Positions 36,511 through 44,152 of a stretch of DNA of 44,152 nt are shown here, piece by piece; the stretch's first letter is position 1, and each line of letters begins with the position of its first letter. The position numbers were made by a program, and so were the translations under genes. Origin of the DNA: Octopus bimaculoides (taxonomy: Eukaryota); assembly GCF_001194135.2 (NCBI RefSeq), contig NC_068981.1:170026878-170071029 (forward strand), in the 5' to 3' direction. The notes below the pieces were generated by a model, which saw only the letters and a program-made list of their open reading frames with translations, did not search any database and was not told where the DNA came from.

Positions 36511-37499
36511 TAAGATACACATGAGAGAGAGGAAAATAAATGTAAAAGAAGTACTGGAGTGAGACATAGTGACATATAGTGAAAGTACGTGCGAACACGC
36601 AGATACGTGTGTTACTGTGTTATAAGCAGACAAACGTGTCTCTTTGAACGACATCTGTTGTAAAGTTACCAACGGTCTACCACTCTACTTAGCAACAACC
36701 CTTTCTGCTACTCTTAGATATAGCCTAATGGTCTATTTCAAGTTTTTAAACTCATTCGAGATGTATCTAACCAATTACTGTTATCAAGAGGTACCCAACC
36801 TTCATCCAAGTTACAAAAATTTGTGCAAATATTTCGGACGACACATCGTCCAAAAGAGTGGCTCTAATATTCTTAAGCTCATTCATGTAAGCTTGTCTCC
36901 AAAATAAGATGACATCAAATAAGCTATTTATTTGTTTGTTTTAATGCCGTTTGGAATTACAAGTAAAATCTAGCGATTTTATCCTGCTAGTACTGGTGTA
37001 ACGCCGCTGATTAATACTACAGAATTTCTTAAATTGTGCAAGCTTCGAGACACAACTTTCAAAGATATTTTGTTGGCCACTGTGGACTCATCGCAAGTAA
37101 TGAGACGACACCTCTCATCCCATCCCAAATGATTAGCTGATATGAAATTCCTTGCAGAATTAAATAGGTTCTGACGCCATACTTGGACAGTTTTACCAAT
37201 GAAATATATCTGTGAAAATTTGGATCTTTATATTGTATGTAAAGCCTTAAAAGAATCAATTCTGTGACAAATTTTCCCTGGCAGTTGCAAACGCAGCATC
37301 ACCACTTAATATTATTCGTTTCGATTGATCTTACGTCGGTTTCTTGCTGGTGGGATACTGTACAACTGGTTGTGTTGCATCCTCCAGCGCAGATGCATCT
37401 CGTCAAGTGCCTTGTTTTAAAGAAGATACCTCGCTGAATATAATCGGTTTCACTTGGTTCATTTATACGGCATGCTGTTGTTGCCAGTATGTTGCTGTT

Positions 37500-37835
37500 T
37501 TAATAGTCAGCATCCTATTGAAAATTTAGAACCTCACCATGCTATAAAGTTCTATGTCAAAGTGAGTAAAACGGCTACAAAAATTTATGAAATGCTCCAG
37601 ACTGCACACGGATACCAAGCATTTCGCTGACACAAGAGACCAGGCAAAGAAAGTGCACCGAGGATCTCATAGTGATCCCCTCTTTCAACAGCAAGGGCAT
37701 CATCTACATCCATTGGGTTCTCTCTGGTCAGACGGCTAACAGAGAGTACTTTGTGGAGGCTTTGAGATAATTCAGGAGAGGATTTCATCGCAAAAGGCCA
37801 GAGCACCAGCCTTTTATCTGAGAAAAAATGCATCA
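37500..37835 (+). mobile_element. Internally deleted mariner (DD34D-type) transposase fragment
   Basis: ENLEPHHAIKFYVKVSKTATKIYEMLQTAHG (mariner N-term HTH) joined to FNSKGIIYIHWVLSGQTANREYFVEALR*FRRGFHRKRPE. Confidence 0.82.
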
Positions 37836-38419
37836 TCTCCCAAAAGCAACCAATAAACATATTAGCCTTAATCATATGGGGCATTATTGCATATGTGCTA
37901 TACGGACTGTTCTCGTAGAAGTCGGTGATTTGTGCTATTTTTCAGTAAGAATGGCACAGTTCTGAACATGAAGTTACTAACCCTCATGACCTTTTAAAAG
38001 AAATAAGTATAAATATGATTTTGTTCGATATGTTTTAATGAATTGAATAAGGTACTTTACCTTAAGTATAAACTTTAGATAACTTCTTCTCGAAGAGAAC
38101 GGTGACTGAATAACATTAAGACTAATAAGATTATAAACATACCAAATTTTTCTTTAGAAAATTGCTTTCTAACTTTGAGACAGATGACCGGCTGAGTATT
38201 ACAGAAGAAATGAATATTTTTCAATGAATTTTATAACGTACCTCAGGTTCAATGATGACTTTAGACGTCTTCTTTGTGAAACAAAAGTGATATTGCTCTA
38301 AGCACTTAGCAGACGATAACTTCTTTACGTCTAGTCATAAATGCAAAAGAAGAAAAGAAAATGAATACTTCGGTACTTTCAGCTTAAAGACGTTTCTCAA
38401 ATATATATGTGTGTATGTG

Positions 38420-38441
38420 AGAGAGAAGAAGAAGAGAGAGA

Positions 38442-38504
<63 letters not shown>

Positions 38505-38690
38505 TGGGTGAGACAGAGGGTGAAACGGAAAACCACAATGAAAGAGGGGTATGCAAAATATAGTGAGAAAAAGTGAGAAAGATGGAGTGAGTGATAATGA
38601 CTCAGAAACAAGTACATAAATAGATATATAGAGAATAGCTAGCTAGCTAGCTAGCTAAATAGATAGATAGATAGATAGATATATCGAGAG
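38420..38690. repeat. (GA)n, (TAGC)n and (GATA)n microsatellites
   Basis: Direct reading: (GA)n about 38420-38502; (TAGC)/(GATA) about 38636-38690. Confidence 0.93.
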
Positions 38691-38939
38691 AGAGGGAGTA
38701 ATGTAAAGACTTTGAATTAATCGTATATAAGTGTGTGGGGGGTAATATACTTTTAAATAATATAAATACATATGTGTACATATTATAATTTAGCTCTGTG
38801 TTCTAAAGTATTCATATTGTAGTATGATAATGCTCTATGTCCTAAAATGTTAGAACATGCTCTATGTTCTAAAATATTCAAGCTACTCACATGCTGCTTT
38901 TGTTTTTCTCTTTATACTATGTGTCCTTCTATTTTAAAA

Positions 38940-39355
38940 GATGGCAGCGTGAGGCATTCAAGAAAATTTGGTTGCTGTTTCTAGCAGGTCCTACAACTAC
39001 GTAGAGATTTTCGCTAGACATTATATTCCTTATCTGTAGAACATATCCATTTGAAAGAACTCGAACTGCGGATAGTAAATGTATATTTTGTTGGATGAAC
39101 CCATACGTAAACTGTAAGGTAAGTAATATAGTGTATAGTATATGGTGTACTAAGGAACAGTGCAGAAACATAGCAGCGGCATACAATGGGGAGACAGCAT
39201 TAAGTATAGGGGAGCAGACAAGTAAACACCAGTGGGAGCTAATTGAGGAGAAAAGCTTGTCAGTGCTCTGCCAACATGTTCAATTAGAACATAAAGGCTC
39301 GGTTAATAATATAGATGTTAAGATATTATCAACACAGAACATATGTGATATATAG
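38940..39355 (+). mobile_element. Penelope-like GIY-YIG endonuclease remnant
   Basis: NCKVSNIVYSIWCTKEQC...YNGET...KH...QHVQLEH..DVKIL (ORF 39095-39355) fits the PLE GIY-YIG/CCHH pattern. The A-rich 39400-39960 may be its terminal repeat (not confirmed). Confidence 0.82.
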
Positions 39356-40076
39356 ACAGAATACGGAAGCCTCACACATACCAATAGAAAGAACGAGCCT
39401 CAACAGAAAACATGAATGAAATAACAATACCCCGCCAAGCCACTACACTACTCAACCTGACGAGTGAAGACAGAACGAGAGAAGAAAACGAACAACGACA
39501 AAGATACAAACAATATAACACATATAACACATAAACTCACAAGACAAACGTACACTTACTAAAGACGGAATGAGAAAAAGGAAAAGAAAAATACAAATAA
39601 ATAAGGACATAAACAAATGAACAAAACATCTAACTAAAAGACACAGGTACACTGTAGTAAGCAAACTCATATAGACGCACACAAAACACGCATACTGAAC
39701 ACAGGGACACGTATATACACACGCGCAGATTCAGAGATGCAAACGATTGCGTAGATAAGGATGCACACCGCAAAAAGACAAAACGGTCTAAACAAAGCAG
39801 AAGGAAACACGCGGAATAAAGAATCGGTGAAGAGCTTTGACAAACAAACAAAAATAACGATAATAAAGCTGAATTCATGATCAAGCATACAGTGCCTGTG
39901 CTTAATTGGCAAAATATGACTATCCCCAAATATAGTAATATTTGTTTCAACATAAGATTTCATATCAAGAATCTTGTAAAACAATTACATAAACGTATGT
40001 ATGTATGTGCGTGTGGATCAGGGTAATCTGGTGTTATTTGGGCGACAAACTATGTAATGGGTTTCCATGCTACATA

Positions 40077-40286
40077 CGAGTGAAGCTGAAAATCTTCCTG
40101 GCTTCGGGTAAAAGAAAACACAGGAGGATCAGTTAATAATGATTTTATTCAACACATTCCACTCTTAGATTCACACACTTATTGCATCACTCCTTCAGTT
40201 TTTCTAAGCCCCTTAATATATCTCGAAAGCCTGGGCCTCCGGTCAGGTCTTTCGTGATACCCTTGAAGCCAGGAACACGCCCCTCG
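40077..40286 (-). mobile_element. 210-bp mariner-derived MITE / deletion derivative
   Basis: TIR-like ends TA-CGAGTGAAGCTGAAAATCTTCCTGGCTT and AAGCCAGGAACACGCCCCTCG; interior minus strand encodes the mariner C-terminus KGLRKLKE*CNKCVNLRVECVE*. Confidence 0.8.
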
Positions 40287-40706
40287 AACATTTTCGCATT
40301 TTAATTGTAGGCACCATGTCATCTTTCACCTCATGATTATGTTACTCTTATGTACTGTTTTCTGTAAACTTGAACTTCCTTGTAAACAATATATTCTTTC
40401 AGAAGGAGAATGAATAAAATGATCATGTGGAGTTCTAACACTTGTACATGCAACATACCGTTGCTCATCAGAGAAATAATGTTCTTCAAGTTTTATCTCA
40501 ACGACAAATAATGTTTCTCCCTGGCATATATTTAATGACATAGCAAAAGCTGAGTTTTTGTTCTTTATCTGTTACGTAATATAAATGCCGGACAGAATTA
40601 TCACTGTGGATATATTAATGTCGATTAAATCGTTGAAGACGATGCCCAAGTATGATCTCAGTCGCGTGTATATGTGTATATACGTTTGCTCCTGTGTGTA
40701 CATATA

Positions 40707-40843
40707 GATGTTGGTTTCAAATTTTGGCACAAGGCCAGCAACTTTTCGGGAAGTGTAAATCGATAACATCGACACTAGTGTTCAACTATTATTTTATTTT
40801 ATCGACCCCAAAAAATGAAAGGTAAAGTCGATCTTGATGTAAT
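40707..40843 (-). mobile_element. SINE family A fragment (3' half)
   Basis: Reverse complement of the family A body (TTATCGACCCC...ATGAAAGGTAAAGTCGA) and tail (GGCACAAGGCC). Confidence 0.72.
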
Positions 40844-41204
40844 GTGTACGTATACATATTAATCATTATATTATTATTCTGCTTGTTTCTACGACTGGTT
40901 GTTTTGTCCATGTGTTATGCTTTATGCCAAGTGAGGCAATAACTTGAATAGAGAAATATATAAAGAAGGTAAGAGAGAGAGAGAGTGTGAAAGAAAGAAA
41001 GGAAGCAAGAAAGAAAGGAAGAAAAAAGGAAGAAAGATGGAGAAGGTCTATGTTATTTCTGAAACTGTGTGATTCAAATCGCATGGACAGTTGAAATATT
41101 TAACAATGACATGATCTATAAATATATGAACTAGAAAATATATCAATAGATACTTAAATCAAGGAGAAATAAACTTAGTGAGCAAATAACTGAGGATGTT
41201 GCAC

Positions 41205-41260
41205 TTTTATATCTTGCGTTTTCCAGACTGAAGGTTGTGACCATGTTGGGGCATCACCAT
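41205..41260 (-). mobile_element. Degenerate SINE tail (family C-type)
   Basis: Minus strand GGTGATGCCCCAACATGGTCACAACC...AAGATATAAAA. Confidence 0.35.
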
Positions 41261-41359
41261 TATTCTACTTTTGTTTTTACCTATAGGCTTAAATGCATAT
41301 CGGCATTATGAAAGTAAATAGATACATTGCTGAAGGGAAAGTAGGTATGACATTTTATT

Positions 41360-41387
41360 AGATAGATAGATAGATAGATAGATAGAG
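41360..41387. repeat. (GATA)n microsatellite
   Basis: Direct reading. Confidence 0.92.
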
Positions 41388-44041
41388 ATGTACGTGAGTC
41401 AATATCAATAGATATGCAGAAAGATATATTTATAGATATACTAATAGATATGTCGCTAATATGAAAGGAAATGAAAATGATATCAATTTCTATATAAGTT
41501 GGTCTTGTCCTTAGTCGTGATTGCATCGTGAAAAGTGTAGTTTTGTCTATAAATATGAATAACTTTTATCATTTTAATTCATCTTTTATTTTCTTAGCTC
41601 TAAATCACATCATGTGTCAAACATATCAAAAGGTAAATAAGCTATACCTGCTATGTTCATTTCGATTACATTTAAAAATAGTTTTGTGAAATGACAAGAT
41701 TTCAAAAGCTATTTCTTTATCTTCGAGGTTCTTTACTTGTGCTTAGTATATTAACGTAACGTTTTCAAATATACTTACGCTGTAGAGTATCTATGGGTCC
41801 CATTATTTATTATTAACTGGCTAACGAACGCTTTAATTTGAACTCAGTTCAGTTTATTTATGTACTTCTATGTACATCTCGTCTTCCTTTTATTTGCCCC
41901 TCACAATCATCCCGATCTTTGTATAGCGTTCACAGCAACAACATTATTTTTATCTTTTGCAGTTAACCTCCCAAGTGTATCCAGAACATCGAAAGGATTT
42001 CAGCATAGTTTAACTACTTTTCCGCCGTTCATTCCACCAGGCACTCGAACCACGTAAAGTTGTTGAACAAAATATACCAGGCTTTGTGAAATATATTCAA
42101 ACATATTTATTTACAACTTACTTAAAGATACGTATATTGTTTACATTATGAAAATCTTGATCTTATATACCGAACACCTTACATATACATAATCTTTACT
42201 TTGAGCTTTTTCAGATTCAAGAAAATATTTGCCATTTTTGCATTAGAATTATGACGAGCAAATTTGTTATATTCTATACTTTTAAGCATATCATACATTT
42301 TTAATATTCTTAATTCTTCTCCAAATATCGGAAACGGAAGCAATTAGAAACGAATTATATATCGTATACTTTTGCATGTTTATACCAACAGCATTCAAAA
42401 CATTAAATTTGCATTTATCTTAAAACGAAACTATATATACGTTCCGTTCTTTGAGTAAAAATATCAATACAAACCAGATAGTTATGTTTGCAAGAGGTGT
42501 CTGTTATCTAATCTATTGAAAACACACAACACTTCCAATCAGACTTGATGTAAGTAGTGCAAAGGATAAAAACATTGGGAATACATTTAAAAATACTAGG
42601 TTCTTAAGAATACCACAAACATCGGAGATCTTGCATAACAGTGGAAGAACATTTCATGGTCATCCCAAGATTTAGACTTATTAACAAAACGAGAGGTTGA
42701 ATTAGAGATTTTCAACAAGCACGTCTTATTATCAAAGAAACTCCAGTAAGGCTGGGGCTGTTCTCCGTCGGCAAGACTTAAATTATGTAGTGAAATCGAT
42801 AGAAAGAGTACAATGAACTTGCCTGAACGTTCCATATTTCACAGCAAGTTCACTGTTCTCTTAATCGATTAAACACAACTGTTATAAAAGAAAAAATAAA
42901 CAGATACACTCTTTTGTAGCAATTCCAGTATAAAGTGATTTAACAATATCGCCGATAAATTCAAATAGAGATTCTTCGTTTTCCATTTTGCAGTATTCTA
43001 TCCAGCTATTTCGAAGTGTCATCTGAAATCTCTAGAATTTGTATAAACATACACATTCTAACAAGCACCGATATCAGTACTATAATGAATAGAGGCTTGG
43101 TTAATTAATGGCGATACATGTTTGATGAAGTTAAGATTTTAGCGTTTCCATCTATCCTGTTACTAACTAGAAATTTCAGCTTTGGTCTGATTATATATAC
43201 CTCACAAAGAATTGCGCACAAAACTATACCTAAGACTGTACAATGTTGAAGAAACGATAAATAACAGATAAAATATCCCCGACATGAAAGATTATGTCAT
43301 ATGCAAACATAAAATTTGTAAAATGTTTCTTTGAATTTTTATCTTAGAAAATAATTAATTTCCTAAATGTTCTGTCAAGCTTGAACAATCACAAACATTC
43401 AAATCCATCAAAGTGTATAAATAGAAGACGTAGCCACTTTACTACCATCATACAGCACATTACAGTTTACACTGGTCGATGTGTATCAAGACTATCATCA
43501 AACAAAAATATTTAAGAATGATGCTCACACAACTCTAGAATGGTTCCTTGTAGTGGAATTAACACCGAACCAAAACATGTAGAGCGAACTAGATCAAATC
43601 CTATCAAACATAAAAATAAAAGAAATATGTTTCAGTCAATCTTAGTTTAGATATAGCCACAAATGTGGCTAGGCCCTTCTTTACATTCGTTAGTACGCAT
43701 TTCTCTGATTCACACATACATCATAAAATCTTTTTTAAATTCTGTTAAAGCCAGCTTTAACATTCTTTATGGCGTCTAACGGATTTAGTACTACCAAACA
43801 TTGCGAATGCAGTTTTAAGATTTGTTAAATCTCTCAAGATATTTAATCCTTAAGCTTCATCATGGCTGCTAAGTGTGAGAAGCCCTCGTGAGATATTCCG
43901 AATGACACAAAAAATATTTTTCTTGTATTAAACAAAAAATTAAACAATAAAATGCATCTAATCCACAAGATATTTATATGTCACATTATGAAACTTCAAA
44001 CATAATTACTTGAATACAAAATAATAATTGTTTCAAATTTT

Positions 44042-44150
44042 AGCACAAGACGAGCAGTTTTAGAGAGGTGATTGTTATTAGATCACATCGACCCCACGTT
44101 TTTGACTGGCACTATATTTTGTCAAACCCGAAAGGACGAAAGACAATGTA
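44042..44150 (-). mobile_element. SINE family A fragment, cut by the window end
   Basis: GCACAAG...CACATCGACCCCA...ACTGGCACT...ACCCGAAAGGACGAAAG matches the reverse complement of family A. Confidence 0.62.
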
Positions 44151-44152
44151 TA

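Noticed and set aside
38929-39186. 85-aa minus-strand ORF resembling a secreted protein
   Set aside because: It is the antisense shadow of the PLE GIY-YIG remnant on the plus strand.
39457-39480. Canonical CTGACGA downstream of the PLE GIY-YIG remnant
   Set aside because: No GAAA, helix III or stem I partner can be placed; not a hammerhead as it stands.
40445-40471. Minus-strand CTGATGA followed by a perfect GCAAC/GTTGC stem
   Set aside because: Followed by ATGT rather than GAAA, no stem I or III, and not in a PLE context.
42596-42835. 79-aa minus-strand ORF with a signal-peptide-like start (MERSGKFIVLFLSISLHNLSLA)
   Set aside because: No recognisable domain or further exons; ORFs of this size and hydrophobic starts arise by chance in AT-rich DNA. 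RNA-seq or TBLASTN conservation would be needed.

Overview
AT-rich, microsatellite-dense eukaryotic genomic DNA from a gapped assembly (five N runs). The SINE families and a mollusc-type 5S rRNA derivative point to an octopus (coleoid cephalopod) genome; this is inference, not a database match. I found no host protein-coding exon I can support, and no CRISPR or prokaryotic features. Most track ORFs are microsatellite read-throughs, gap artefacts or antisense shadows of transposons. The window is a transposon graveyard: five Penelope-like element (PLE) remnants, an L1/Tx1-like LINE fragment, R4/Dong-like and RTE-like LINE fragments, five Tc1/mariner derivatives, a long-TIR foldback element and several tRNA-derived SINEs. 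Best signals: (1) three minimal type I hammerhead-ribozyme folds in PLE terminal repeats, none with the canonical C3-G8 core pair. Two diverged copies carry a compensatory A3-U8 (CUGANGA becomes AUGANUA) with covarying stem I, and a third PLE carries U3-A8. (2) A 5S rRNA-headed retroposon sharing its 3' tail with a tRNA SINE in the same window. (3) A templated insertion of flanking DNA into a maT transposase. (4) Two long hairpins. All alignments and counts were done by eye.
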